A stretch of DNA of 64,000 nucleotides. Source: Bacteroidales bacterium (GTDB lineage: Bacteria; Bacteroidota; Bacteroidia; Bacteroidales; WCHB1-69). The stretch is from the NCBI GenBank assembly GCA_045130235.1, contig JBGUPJ010000036.1:24142-88141 (forward strand), read 5' to 3'. The notes below the pieces were generated by a model. It was given only the letters and a program-made list of their open reading frames with translations. It was not told the origin of the DNA and did no database searches. The position numbers were made by a program, and so were the translations under genes. This document shows positions 49,734 through 59,742 of this stretch, one piece after another (position 1 is the first letter of the stretch; each line of letters begins with the position of its first letter).

Positions 49734-51524
49734 TTAATGATGGGAACGTTCAAACATCCGGCTGGCGTAGAGAGCCGCGCCGTAGGCCCCCATCAGCTCG
49801 GGGATGTCGGAAAAGGCGACTTTGCAGTGGGCCATATTCTCCAGTGCCCGCACGATGCTGTGGTTGCGGAAGGTGCCTCCCTGCACCACAATCTTCGCTC
49901 CTAATTCTTCTATATTTTTGAGTTTTAATACTTTAAAAAGACAATTTTTGACGACAGAATAACTAAATCCGGCGGCGATGTCATCTACCGAAGCTCCCTC
50001 CTGCATAGCTTGTTTCACCTTCGAGTTCATGAAAACGGTGCAGCGTGTGCCCAAGTCGCAAGGGTGCGGGGCGAAGCAGGAAAGCTGGGCGAACTCGGCC
50101 ACCGGGTAGCCCATCATATTGGCAAAAGTCTCTATAAATGAGCCACATCCCGACGAGCAGGCCTCGTTGATTTCCATGCGGCGGATCGAGCCGTTCTCCA
50201 CGAAAATCGCCTTCATATCCTGTCCGCCGATGTCGAGCACGAAGCTCACCTGCGGCTCCACCTGCTTGGCGGCTGAGAAGTGCGCCATGGTCTCCACGAT
50301 GCCGTAGTTGAAGTTGAAGGCCGTGCGAATCAGGTTCTCGCCGTAGCCGGTCACCGCGCTGGCCTCGATGAGGATGTTTTCGGGGTGCGGAGTGCTGCTG
50401 TGGAGCGTTTGGAGCATCTTGCAGAAAGCCTTGAAACTGTCGCCCTCGTTGCGCTGGTAGTCGGTATAGACGATGCGCTCGTAGCGGTCGAGCAGCACCA
50501 GTTTGGTGGTGGTGCTGCCGGAGTCCACACCGAGGAAGTAGCGGGTGGGCGTGTCCGACAGCAGTTCGGCGCGGGGCACACGGTAGATGTTCTCCGACCG
50601 CAGCCACAGGTCGTAATCTTCCTGAGAGCTGAATAGCGCCGGCAGGCGGTTGTCGAGCGGCACCTCCACCTCCGTTTTCGTCTGCGTGATGTTCACCAGT
50701 TCGTCAACGGTGAGGATGCCGTTGGCCTGTTGGTCGGCCAGCAGGGCGCAGCCCGTAGCGGGAATCAGCTGCGCGTTTTCGGGCAGCATACACTCCTCTT
50801 CGGTGAGACCGAGCACGCGGCGGAAATGTTTCTGTAATTCAGGAAGAAAGGCGAACGGACCGCCGCAGAAAAAGACCTTCGGCGTGATGTCCATGCCGCG
50901 GGCCAACGAGGCCACCACCTGCATCGCCACCGCATTGAAAACCGATGCGGCAATGTCGGCGCGACTGATGTTGCGGCTCATCAGGTTCTGGATGTCGGTT
51001 TTGGAGAAAACACCGCAGCGCGATGCGATAGGATGGATGTTCTCGGCCTGTGCCGCCAACTCGTTCAGCACTTTGGTCTCCACATGAAACAGCATGGCGG
51101 TCTGGTCGATAAAGGCGCCGGTGCCGCCAGCGCAGCTGCCATTCATCCGAATATCAGGCACTTTGCCTTTCTCAAAGAAAATCATCTTACTGTCTTCGCC
51201 GCCCATATCGATGAACGTGCGCACCTCGGGATAGCGCTGTCGCACCGTTTCGGCCGCCGCCACCACCTCCTGCACAAAGCCGATGCCCAACCGCTGGGCA
51301 TAGCCCATTCCCACCGAGCCGGTGATGACCAGCAGCACCTTCACATTCCCCAACTCCTTGTATAAACGTCCCACAATGTCGGCTGCCGTGCCCTTGATGT
51401 CGGCCTGATGGCGCTGATAGGCCGAAAAAACCAGCGTTCCATCCGCATCCAGCACCGCCACCTTCATCGTGGTGGACCCTATGTCAACCCCCATACGATA
51501 AGGGGTTTCCGTATCAATTGCCAT
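49734..51524 (-). CDS. CoA-substrate-specific enzyme activase, double BcrAD/BadFG/HgdC-type ATPase
   Basis: Two actin-fold ATPase modules (MGVDIGSTTMKVAVLD and FLGVDSGSTTTKLVLLD), each with a cluster-ligand region (NGSCAGGTGAFIDQ, NEACSSGCGSFIE). Confidence 0.8.
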   Translation of the reverse strand: MAIDTETPYRMGVDIGSTTMKVAVLDADGTLVFSAYQRHQADIKGTAADIVGRLYKELGNVKVLLVITGSVGMGYAQRLGIGFVQEVVAAAETVRQRYPEVRTFIDMGGEDSKMIFFEKGKVPDIRMNGSCAGGTGAFIDQTAMLFHVETKVLNELAAQAENIHPIASRCGVFSKTDIQNLMSRNISRADIAASVFNAVAMQVVASLARGMDITPKVFFCGGPFAFLPELQKHFRRVLGLTEEECMLPENAQLIPATGCALLADQQANGILTVDELVNITQTKTEVEVPLDNRLPALFSSQEDYDLWLRSENIYRVPRAELLSDTPTRYFLGVDSGSTTTKLVLLDRYERIVYTDYQRNEGDSFKAFCKMLQTLHSSTPHPENILIEASAVTGYGENLIRTAFNFNYGIVETMAHFSAAKQVEPQVSFVLDIGGQDMKAIFVENGSIRRMEINEACSSGCGSFIETFANMMGYPVAEFAQLSCFAPHPCDLGTRCTVFMNSKVKQAMQEGASVDDIAAGFSYSVVKNCLFKVLKLKNIEELGAKIVVQGGTFRNHSIVRALENMAHCKVAFSDIPELMGAYGAALYASRMFERSHH

Positions 51525-51563
51525 ATTTAATAACTTAATTAAATAGTTTTATTAAAACGGCGG

Positions 51564-51571
51564 CAAAGATA
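51564..51571 (-). promoter_or_regulatory. -7 box TATCTTTG for the activase-DUF2229-TetR operon
   Basis: Reverse complement of CAAAGATA, 40 nt upstream of the ATG at 51524. The AT-rich leader contains TTAATTAA. Confidence 0.45.
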
Positions 51572-51590
51572 CGAAAAATTTGGAATCAGC

Positions 51591-52154
51591 TTATTTGATT
51601 TTCTTGTTGCAGATTTCGCCGATCTCCTCACCCAACTCGCTGAAGGCGAATTTGACGCGATGCTCCACCACAGGGGTCATCTGGAAGCCATTGCCTGCGA
51701 CATCGGAAAAGGTGATGATGGCGAAAGAATCGGTACTGCCAGTGGGCACAAACGTAATGGTACCGGTGAGTTTGCAGGGCTGTGAGAACGGACCTGCGAA
51801 GCTGCCCGGGTCGATGTCGGTGATTTTCACGATAGCCGTGTACTTCGCATCGGGGTAGTTGCCCGCCTGCAACTTCGACATCTCGTCGTTCCAATCTTTC
51901 AGCATCTCGGGCTCCCACATGTTGGTACGGAACTCGCCCGTCCAGTCTTGTTTCCACTGCTCAAAATCATCGTGATCTTTGTTGTCTTTGAAGAACTTGG
52001 CCTCTGAATCGCCGTCGTAGGTAACGCCGTCGTAAACGAAAACCACATTCAGCTCCTTCTGTCCGGCCAGCGGAGAGAGGTCACCTTTCAGTTTTTGGGC
52101 CTGCATAAAGGTCACGGATGCCATGACTACCAATAAAACAAAAATTCTTTTCAT
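51591..52154 (-). CDS. exported hypothetical protein
   Basis: Signal peptide MKRIFVLLVVMASVTFMQAQ. 187 aa. No family recognised. Confidence 0.6.
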   Translation of the reverse strand: MKRIFVLLVVMASVTFMQAQKLKGDLSPLAGQKELNVVFVYDGVTYDGDSEAKFFKDNKDHDDFEQWKQDWTGEFRTNMWEPEMLKDWNDEMSKLQAGNYPDAKYTAIVKITDIDPGSFAGPFSQPCKLTGTITFVPTGSTDSFAIITFSDVAGNGFQMTPVVEHRVKFAFSELGEEIGEICNKKIK

Positions 52155-52185
52155 AATGTAAACTATTAAGGGTTAAATAATTGGG

Positions 52186-53160
52186 TTAATTTTCATAATA
52201 TTCAAACGCGTCAATAATGTCCAAATACACGCCATCGAAGCCGGCATGAAGGATGCGGTTGAGGTAGCTGTCGCCGGCGCCGCAGATGATTTCCTGCCAG
52301 TCGGAATTCCAATAATGCACCTTGTAGTTGCCCTCCCAGTCGGGATTTTCCTTGTCGAGCCACACGGGGCGGTGCCGTTTCCACGACTGCTGCCAGTAGT
52401 ATCGGTAGCTCTCTGCCTCACCGATCGACATATAGCTCATCACCAGACGGCGCCCCCCGTTGGCTTTGCTACGCAACTGCTCAATTTCTTCAGCGGTAAA
52501 GGCCTCGCCATCGAAAAACAGATCCATGATCAGCAGGTCGTAGTTGGTGGCGCAAACAGCGGCAATAAAGGCTAATTTGCTATTAAAGTCTTCAGGATTA
52601 ATAAGATACAGAAAATTCTTCACCTCACTCAACTGGGTGATGTCATCACTATTTTCGTGGAGGGGAGGAGTAGTGGGGATGCGGTTGAGCTCGCGGGTGG
52701 GCGGAGCATACGGCACGAAGCCCTCCTCATCGCAGCGAGTTGCGGATGTGGACATTTGCTGAATGTCTGTACAATAGTCTGTCACCAAAACCGTCTTTCC
52801 ATCCGTATGCAAGCGACGGAGGAAGCCGAGCAGGTGGTTGGTTTCGTTGGCTGGAGTAGCGATGCCGTCACCGTCGTAGCCGTAGAAGAGGTCCTCTTGC
52901 CCCACGCCATCAATGGCCGACAGGTAGCGTGATGCCCAGTTCCCGTCTGCCTCGCCATTTTCGGTAACCAGTTCCACGCCGTTCTGGGTGATGACCACGA
53001 AATTGCTGTTGGCCTCATGAGCCGTCTCGCTGATGCGCACCACAAAGCCGCGCATAGCCTGCCGATAGTCGCTGCACGGGTCATCGTGCAGCCGGTCGCA
53101 ACCGCCCACGCAGAGAACGAGGAGAAGCATCAGCCAGAAGTGACGGGAGCGGTGGGGCAT
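52186..53160 (-). CDS. MJ1477/TM1410-type putative glycoside hydrolase (GH114-like, endo-alpha-1,4-polygalactosaminidase-like) lipoprotein
   Basis: Lipobox LVLCVGGC. SYMSIGEAESYRYYW...WNSDWQ...GFDGVYLDIIDAFEY matches my recollection of this TIM-barrel family. Confidence 0.6.
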   Translation of the reverse strand: MPHRSRHFWLMLLLVLCVGGCDRLHDDPCSDYRQAMRGFVVRISETAHEANSNFVVITQNGVELVTENGEADGNWASRYLSAIDGVGQEDLFYGYDGDGIATPANETNHLLGFLRRLHTDGKTVLVTDYCTDIQQMSTSATRCDEEGFVPYAPPTRELNRIPTTPPLHENSDDITQLSEVKNFLYLINPEDFNSKLAFIAAVCATNYDLLIMDLFFDGEAFTAEEIEQLRSKANGGRRLVMSYMSIGEAESYRYYWQQSWKRHRPVWLDKENPDWEGNYKVHYWNSDWQEIICGAGDSYLNRILHAGFDGVYLDIIDAFEYYEN

Positions 53161-53175
53161 AATGAGTAATATAGA

Positions 53176-53460
53176 TTACCTATTGTATAATAAACAATAC
53201 TTTGAAAGACAATATTGGATAGCCTTTACAGCCAACTGTTCTTTGGTGCTGGATGGATTGTTGCTATCAGGGGTACCAATGGTAGCATCGGGAGAATCAT
53301 TACGAGAAGCTGATTCGCCATTACTCTTTTTCAAATCATCCACACTTTTCTGCAACTGAGCCACTTGCTCTTTTAACTCTTTGTCTTCAGAATGAGAATT
53401 TGAAATGCACCCCATACAAAGGAGGGCGATTCCAATAAATAAAAAAAGAATTTTTTTCAT
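53176..53460 (-). CDS. small lipoprotein, hypothetical
   Basis: Lipobox ALLCMGC. 94 aa. AT-rich. Confidence 0.55.
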   Translation of the reverse strand: MKKILFLFIGIALLCMGCISNSHSEDKELKEQVAQLQKSVDDLKKSNGESASRNDSPDATIGTPDSNNPSSTKEQLAVKAIQYCLSKYCLLYNR

Positions 53461-53489
53461 AATATTCTGATTATAAATTTATACCATCT

Positions 53490-54059
53490 CTAATTGGGGA
53501 AACTTCCGATGAGAGCAATAGCCGCATCGCCATCCTCGCGCATAGACTCCGGATACTCGTAATACACAGTGGCGATGAGGTCATCATCTGAATAAAGGAT
53601 ACTTTTTTCATAAAAGATTAATCCGCCCCTAGTTTTTCCCGAAAGCACAATGACTTTTCCTTTTGCAAACTGGTAAGTAATGGTGCATCCATCGTCAATA
53701 AGCCACCCCTTGTATTGTTCCATGATTTCATAAACACCCATCCCCTCATCTTTATACAAATTAAAACCAGCAGAGGCGGTCAACTTCATGGATCCATCGG
53801 TAGTGCGGGCAGCTATGCCATCCCCATTGTCGCTCTCTTGGTAGATGACAAAATTTGCAGGATATCTAAGCTGGAATCCAAAGCGGTCATTATAATATAC
53901 TTTCGACTTGACCGTTTTCGTTTTCTCCTTAACCTCTTTATCTTGATTTTCAATATTTTCCTTGTCGGCGGAAGCCGGAGCTGAAACCTCATTTTTGCTG
54001 GTATTGGAGCAGGAAAACAGCACTCCAGCCAAAGCAACAATTACAAATAGTCTTTTCAT
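53490..54059 (-). CDS. lipoprotein, hypothetical
   Basis: Lipobox GVLFSC. 189 aa. AT-rich. Confidence 0.6.
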   Translation of the reverse strand: MKRLFVIVALAGVLFSCSNTSKNEVSAPASADKENIENQDKEVKEKTKTVKSKVYYNDRFGFQLRYPANFVIYQESDNGDGIAARTTDGSMKLTASAGFNLYKDEGMGVYEIMEQYKGWLIDDGCTITYQFAKGKVIVLSGKTRGGLIFYEKSILYSDDDLIATVYYEYPESMREDGDAAIALIGSFPN

Positions 54060-54080
54060 AATGGGAAATTTATTACATCA

Positions 54081-54650
54081 TTATATTTTCTTGATGATAC
54101 CCTTCGGAAACACTCCTTGTTCGAGGGCACCCGTATCGGAAAGCTTCCTCGCAGGGATGCCCCCGACCGTGCAGTTGTCAGGAAACGAGCTGTTAACCAC
54201 TGCATTAGCCCCTATAGCTACATTGTTGCCGATGGTGATATCGCCATAGAGCTTGGCACCAGGTCCCACATACACGTTGTCGCCCAGAACGGGGGTGCCA
54301 TTGTAATCGCCGATCGAAGTGGAGGGGTGGATGCGGCAGTTGGCCCCCACCCGCACGGCCGGATTGACCACTACCGTGCCACGATGCACCAGACACAAGC
54401 CCGGACCGAACACATTTTTAGGGATGGTAAAACCGAGCTTCACGGCCAGACGGTGGTTCACCACCTCCAGGAAAATACGAGAGATCAACCGCCAACGCCG
54501 ACAATTCGTCAGATATTCCAACTTGCGGAGGCGCAGCTGAAACCGCAACTGGTCGATACGCAGCCAGTTATAAAGACTGACCTTCTGCAATCCGTAAGCG
54601 GCCAGATCAGCACGGACAAACTGACGATATGTTTGGCGGGAGGTAATCAT
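54081..54650 (-). CDS. hexapeptide-repeat (LbH) O-acetyltransferase, serine acetyltransferase/WcaB-like
   Basis: Start trimmed to MITSRQTYRQF (the track start would overlap asd). Left-handed beta-helix repeats are present: VGANCRIH, LGDNVYVGPGAKL, IGNNVAIGANAVV, VGGIPARKL. Confidence 0.75.
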   Translation of the reverse strand: MITSRQTYRQFVRADLAAYGLQKVSLYNWLRIDQLRFQLRLRKLEYLTNCRRWRLISRIFLEVVNHRLAVKLGFTIPKNVFGPGLCLVHRGTVVVNPAVRVGANCRIHPSTSIGDYNGTPVLGDNVYVGPGAKLYGDITIGNNVAIGANAVVNSSFPDNCTVGGIPARKLSDTGALEQGVFPKGIIKKI

Positions 54651-54655
54651 TGATT

Positions 54656-55642
54656 TTATCCTCTTTTTTCGATCAATTTTTGCATAATCTGAATGGCATT
54701 GGTGGCGGCACCCTTGCGAAGGTTGTCGGCCACCACCCACATATTCAAGCTGTTAGGCTGTGAGAAGTCGCGACGGAGGCGGCCCACAAATACCTCGTCT
54801 TTGTCTTTGGCGAAACGGGGCATAGGATACTCGTTGCGGTCGGGATTGTCGAGCAGCACCACTCCGGGCATGTCGGTGAGGAGCTGGCGCACTTGGGCGA
54901 GGTCGTAGTCCTGGTCGAACTCCACATTCACCGCTTCGGAATGGCCGCCAAAAACGGGCACACGCACCACCGTGGCAGTGATTTGTATCGTATTGTCGCC
55001 CAAAATCTTACGGGTTTCATTTACCAGTTTGGTCTCCTCGGTGGTATAGCCGTTAGGCTCGAAAGTACCGCCGTGCGGCAGCACGTTAAGGTCGATTTCG
55101 TAGGGATAAGCCTTCTCGCACGGCCGGCCAGCACGCTCCTCGTTGAGCTGCCGCACGGCCTTCACGCCGGTACCCGTCACCGACTGGTAGGTGGAGATGA
55201 CGAGGCGGTGGATATGGTACTGCCGGTGGAGCGGCGCGAGGGCCAGCACCATCTGGATGGTGGAGCAGTTGGGGTTGGCGATGATACGGTCGGCGGGACT
55301 CACCACGTCGATGTTGATTTCAGGAACCACGAGCGGGATGTGCTCATAACTGCGCCAGGCCGACGAGTTGTCGATGACGGTGGTGCCTACCTCCGCAAAC
55401 TGCGGGGCGTACTGGAGCGATGCCGCACTGCCCGCCGAAAAGATCGCATACTGCGGACGCTGCGCGATGGCATCCTCTACCGCCACCACCTTCAGCTGCC
55501 GCCCGCCAAAAGTCACCTCCTTGCCTACCGAGCGTGCCGAAGCGGCAGGTATCAGTTCACAATTTTCAAATCCTCTCTCTTCCAATACTTTAAGCATTAC
55601 ACTTCCTACTAATCCAGTAGCTCCAACCAATGCAATTTTCAT
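54656..55642 (-). CDS. asd: aspartate-semialdehyde dehydrogenase
   Basis: Start trimmed to MKIALVGATGLVGSVML. The active-site region ANPNCSTIQM and the typical C-terminus ADNLRKGAATNA are present. Confidence 0.9.
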   Translation of the reverse strand: MKIALVGATGLVGSVMLKVLEERGFENCELIPAASARSVGKEVTFGGRQLKVVAVEDAIAQRPQYAIFSAGSAASLQYAPQFAEVGTTVIDNSSAWRSYEHIPLVVPEINIDVVSPADRIIANPNCSTIQMVLALAPLHRQYHIHRLVISTYQSVTGTGVKAVRQLNEERAGRPCEKAYPYEIDLNVLPHGGTFEPNGYTTEETKLVNETRKILGDNTIQITATVVRVPVFGGHSEAVNVEFDQDYDLAQVRQLLTDMPGVVLLDNPDRNEYPMPRFAKDKDEVFVGRLRRDFSQPNSLNMWVVADNLRKGAATNAIQIMQKLIEKRG

Positions 55643-55691
55643 ATCTGTAAATTTTTTCTTAAAAATTCTTAAAACACTTGAATATCGCTTG

Positions 55692-55708
55692 CAAAAATAG
55701 TAAATTTG
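55692..55708. promoter_or_regulatory. back-to-back -7 boxes (minus TATTTTTG 55692-55699 for asd; plus TAAATTTG 55701-55708 for the LTD protein gene)
   Basis: Both match TAnnTTTG. They lie 50 nt and 43 nt upstream of their respective ATGs. Confidence 0.45.
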
Positions 55709-55750
55709 CACAATTGAAACTCGGAAAAACTTCCAAAACTCAAAAAAAAT

Positions 55751-58360
55751 ATGAAGACGCTTAAATTCCTCTTACTCATCGGGTTATCATTCTCCACTTT
55801 TTTCCTTTCGGCGCAGGTCTATGATGATTTTTCGGATGGGGACTTCACTTCCTCACCGATTTGGGTGGGCGACACCGACCAATTCATCGTCAACTCACAG
55901 CAGCAGTTGCAGTTGAACGCGCCTGAGGCAGGCAGGGCCTATCTTTCCACCTCCGCCCACTTTGGCGACACAGATTGCGAGTGGCGGCTGTCGCTGAAAA
56001 TGTCGTTCGCGCCTTCGGGCAGCAACTACGCCCGCTACTATCTTGTCGCCGACACGTCCAACCTTTTCGCTACCAGCCTCGTAGGGTATTTTCTGCAGTT
56101 CGGCGAGGCGGGCAGCAACGATGCCATCGAACTCTTCTACCAACAAAGTGACTCGTTGGTGCCGGTGTTTCGCAGCAACACCACTGTGGCACAATCTTTC
56201 TTTTATAATATAAAGATTATCAGAAATTTAGAGAATGATTGGACGCTATGGATGGACACTCTCCGGCTCGGTTTTTACTACCTCGACACTACAGGCCATC
56301 ACGCTGCGCCATTACCTCCCGACGGCCACCTCGGACCCGTCTGCGTCTTCACCTCCGGCAACCGTACCAAGTTCTACTTCGACGACTTCTACTGTGGACC
56401 GCCCCTCATCGATACCACCCCGCCCTCGGTCAGCCAGTGGACTTTCGACCCCGATACACCTAACCAGCTCGTTATCAACTACGCAGAGCGGGTGACCGAC
56501 ACCAGTGCGTTAGACTGCACCCACTATATCAATAGGTCAGGGCAGCAACATCCCGTTCTTTGTGAGTGGGAGGGAGAGGATGAGCGTGCCGTTCGGCTCT
56601 ATTTTGCGGAGGCCTTGGAGGAACGACAGGAGGTGGCTATCGGCATCCAGCAAGTCACTGACTATAATGACAATATATTGATTGATACCACATTATATTT
56701 AACCTATTGTATTCCCCGAAGGCATGAGATTCTGATCACCGAAATTATGGCCGACCCGTCGCCACCCGTTCACCTTCCCGAGTGCGAATACGTGGAGTTG
56801 TACAACACGCTGCCGTTTCCTATCTCCTTGAAAGGATGGACGTTGGCGATGGGCAACAGCCGTCGCACCCTGCCCGACAGCACGTTGCAGCAGGGCGGGT
56901 ATGTCATCGTGACGGGCGCCGCCAACGCCTCGCTCTTCCCGTCCTCCGCACCCGTGGTGGCTATCTCCTCCACGAGTCTGACCGACGACGGACAGCAGGT
57001 GGTGCTCTACGACCGGCAAGACCGTATCATCCATCGGGTGCAGTACAGTCGCAGCTGGCACCGCAACATGCTGAAGCGCGATGGCGGGTGGTCGTTGGAG
57101 ATGAAGGATGTGGGCAACCCGTGCGGCACCGCCGACAACTGGGACTCTTCGAACGACGGGCGGGGCGGAACGCCCGGCGAGCCCAACTCGATAGCAAATC
57201 CCCAGCCCGACGAGTCGCCGCCGGAGTGGGTGAAAGTCACCGTGCCGGATGCGTGGCACGTGCGGCTGTTCTTCAGCGAGACGCTGCTTACCGACTCGTT
57301 CCCCTCCCCTTCCCTATTCGGCATCGAGCCGCCCGTGGCTATCGAACGAACCGAGACGGGACTGCCCGCCGGACAGCAGATTACACTCACATTGGGGGAA
57401 GAACTGCAACCGCGGGTGGTGTACACCCTCACCCTGCAGGGAGGGCTGTGCGACTGCGTGGGGAATGCCACCGACATCGGTATATCCATGCCGTTCGGGC
57501 TGCCCGAGGAGGCGGCCACCGGCGACCTTATCCTCAACGAGGTGCTCTCCAACCCCTTCGGCGACAGCGATGCCGACTTTGTGGAGCTTTACAACCGTTC
57601 CAACAAGTTGCTGGACCTCGGCACGTTATGGCTTGGCAGCGGCAATGACGACCTGCCCTCTCAAGTTGCGCAGGCCATCCCCGACGGCTACCTGCTGTGG
57701 CCTGCCCAATACGTGTGCATCAGCAAGAGCCGCACGCTAACAATGGAACAATACACTTGTCCGTACCCGGACCGTGTGGTGGAGAATACTGCCCTGCCCG
57801 CCTACGCCAACGACGAAGGTACCGTACACCTGCTGGATGACAGTTACCATGTTATTGACCGGTTGCATTATACGGCATCGATGCACCACCCGCTGCTGAG
57901 CAGCACCGACGGGGTGGCGTTGGAGCGCATCCACCACGATGCTGAAACGCAGGATGAAACCAACTGGACGTCGGCATCGGAGAACTACGGGTGGGGCACG
58001 CCGGGGTACCGCAACTCGCAATTCTCGGAGCTGGCGGCGACCGACGCGGAGATCACCGTCGTGCCTGATGTTTTCTCACCCGACGGCGATGGCAACAACG
58101 ACTTTGCCGAGATATACTGTAGGTTTGAGGAGGCCGGCAGCTGCATCACCATCGACTTGTACAATCGAGCGGGGCAGCGGGTGCGGCGGTTAGCGGCCAA
58201 CGAGCCAGTCGGCTTCGAGGCTCGTTACCGGTGGGACGGCACCACCGACGACCATCGGGCAGAAAACAGCGACATCTATCTGGTTCACATCCAGTTATGG
58301 AACCCCAATGGCAAGCGGAAGAGTTACCGCCGCACGGTGGCGGTGGTGCGGAGGGAGTGA
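55751..58360 (+). CDS. large secreted lamin-tail-domain (LTD) protein
   Basis: Signal peptide. Two LTD signatures are present (LITEIMADPSP...CEYVELYN and LILNEVLSNPFGDSDADFVELYN). The C-terminal beta-sandwich carries VFSPDGDGNNDF (FlgD-Ig/CHU_C-like). Confidence 0.75.
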   Translation: MKTLKFLLLIGLSFSTFFLSAQVYDDFSDGDFTSSPIWVGDTDQFIVNSQQQLQLNAPEAGRAYLSTSAHFGDTDCEWRLSLKMSFAPSGSNYARYYLVADTSNLFATSLVGYFLQFGEAGSNDAIELFYQQSDSLVPVFRSNTTVAQSFFYNIKIIRNLENDWTLWMDTLRLGFYYLDTTGHHAAPLPPDGHLGPVCVFTSGNRTKFYFDDFYCGPPLIDTTPPSVSQWTFDPDTPNQLVINYAERVTDTSALDCTHYINRSGQQHPVLCEWEGEDERAVRLYFAEALEERQEVAIGIQQVTDYNDNILIDTTLYLTYCIPRRHEILITEIMADPSPPVHLPECEYVELYNTLPFPISLKGWTLAMGNSRRTLPDSTLQQGGYVIVTGAANASLFPSSAPVVAISSTSLTDDGQQVVLYDRQDRIIHRVQYSRSWHRNMLKRDGGWSLEMKDVGNPCGTADNWDSSNDGRGGTPGEPNSIANPQPDESPPEWVKVTVPDAWHVRLFFSETLLTDSFPSPSLFGIEPPVAIERTETGLPAGQQITLTLGEELQPRVVYTLTLQGGLCDCVGNATDIGISMPFGLPEEAATGDLILNEVLSNPFGDSDADFVELYNRSNKLLDLGTLWLGSGNDDLPSQVAQAIPDGYLLWPAQYVCISKSRTLTMEQYTCPYPDRVVENTALPAYANDEGTVHLLDDSYHVIDRLHYTASMHHPLLSSTDGVALERIHHDAETQDETNWTSASENYGWGTPGYRNSQFSELAATDAEITVVPDVFSPDGDGNNDFAEIYCRFEEAGSCITIDLYNRAGQRVRRLAANEPVGFEARYRWDGTTDDHRAENSDIYLVHIQLWNPNGKRKSYRRTVAVVRRE

Positions 58361-58411
58361 GCGTATGAAACAAAGAAAGCAGTAATGAGAATGCCAACCT
58401 AACGAAACGCG

Positions 58412-59278
58412 CTACATGGTGTGAAGCGGCCGGTGGGCCGCCTGCTTCATCTGGCGCTCCACCTCCTTAATATGCCGGCGAGTTCTGTCGGTGAAAAAAA
58501 CCTCGGCGATTCGTTCCTCCACGTACGCTATGCCCTGCCGCGAGGGATGACACAAGTCGGCGTCGTAGAAACGGTAATCGCGCAAATCATCCTGAAACAT
58601 CTCATACACAGGAAAATAATAGGTGTCGGAATACTCGCTCAAAAGCCGCTCGATGGCCAAATGCAGAATCGACTTGCTGAGCTGGTTCTCGTGGAAACCA
58701 TCGGCCAAGTGCCGCACCGGACTCACCGTGAACACGACCTTCATCGACGGACAGTGCTGCGCGCGCCAGGCAAAGAAGGCGCCGAAAGCCTTCACCACCT
58801 CCTCGATGGTGGCCCGCCGCTTCTCGAACGCAGCCGCCGGCAACTTGTGACAGTTGGCCACCACCACCTGCCGCTCAAGATGGTAGTAATAGTAGCTCGT
58901 ACCTAACGTAACGAAAAGAAAATCAGCACTCTTGAGAAACTTTTCGGCCTCCGACTGCGCCGCCTCGATGTGGCTACGGAAAACCTCCTGGTCGGCATGG
59001 GAGAACTTGCCGTGGTGCGCCAAACTCACCCAACGGCCCTCATGCTGCAGGAAGTATCGCTCCGTCAGGTTCGACTGTCCCGTCAGGAAGTCCAAGCCCT
59101 GCGCGATGGAGAGCGGATTGAAAAGGATGCCGAAAGGGTTGGCACACACCGCAAAACCGCGGTCGGCGAAGTAGGAGGAGACATGTTCCGAGAAGCAGGA
59201 GCCGCAGAACATCAAGCGACTATCCGGCTCAATATGAAACGGATAGCGCGGTGCAGGCAGCTCGGTGCGGAACTTCAT
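58412..59278 (-). CDS. GSCFA domain-containing protein
   Basis: Start trimmed to MKFRTELPAPRYPF...MFCGSCFSEHV (the GSCFA motif). The track start would overlap nrdG. Confidence 0.8.
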   Translation of the reverse strand: MKFRTELPAPRYPFHIEPDSRLMFCGSCFSEHVSSYFADRGFAVCANPFGILFNPLSIAQGLDFLTGQSNLTERYFLQHEGRWVSLAHHGKFSHADQEVFRSHIEAAQSEAEKFLKSADFLFVTLGTSYYYYHLERQVVVANCHKLPAAAFEKRRATIEEVVKAFGAFFAWRAQHCPSMKVVFTVSPVRHLADGFHENQLSKSILHLAIERLLSEYSDTYYFPVYEMFQDDLRDYRFYDADLCHPSRQGIAYVEERIAEVFFTDRTRRHIKEVERQMKQAAHRPLHTM

Positions 59279-59289
59279 TGAGAAGAGTA

Positions 59290-59742
59290 TTATTTCTTGC
59301 GGAAACGTTCGGTGATGTCGTGCCACTCTTCGCCATCGCGCTCGTACAAACGCTGGTTGGTGGTCGGGGCCTTCAAACTGCCGCATTCGGGTTTGTAGGG
59401 ACCGGTCTTCACATAGTCGAACCACTCGGCATGCTTGGGCATCTCGTCGCGGCCAGAGTACCAGCCCACCTTCATGTTTCCTTTGGAATGGATGTGTCCG
59501 GCCAGCTTTTCCACCTCCGGCTTCTCGCCGTCGCCGCCCATCAAACAGATACAGGTAGCCAAGCCCTTGTAGCGGGCCATCAGCAAATCTACCACCTCGG
59601 GAGTGAGCTCCTCGCCTTTGTCCTCCCACAAGTGCGGACTGTGACAGTTCTTGCAGTGGTTGGGACAGTTGGTGATGTTGACAGCGAGGGTGACTTCTCC
59701 GGGAATCTCTTGAAAAACGATGTCGTAATTATAAAACTTCAT
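59290..59742 (-). CDS. nrdG: anaerobic ribonucleoside-triphosphate reductase activating protein
   Basis: Start trimmed to MKFYNYDIVFQEIPGEVTLAVNITNCPNHCKNCHSPHLW (CxxxCxxC). It overlaps the nrdD stop by 14 nt. Confidence 0.85.
   Translation of the reverse strand: MKFYNYDIVFQEIPGEVTLAVNITNCPNHCKNCHSPHLWEDKGEELTPEVVDLLMARYKGLATCICLMGGDGEKPEVEKLAGHIHSKGNMKVGWYSGRDEMPKHAEWFDYVKTGPYKPECGSLKAPTTNQRLYERDGEEWHDITERFRKK

Noticed and set aside
51525-51590. AT-rich near-palindrome around TTAATTAA in the activase operon leader as a TetR operator.
   Set aside because: The symmetry is poor beyond the 8-bp TTAATTAA core, and the region is generally AT-rich. The evidence is not strong enough to annotate it.
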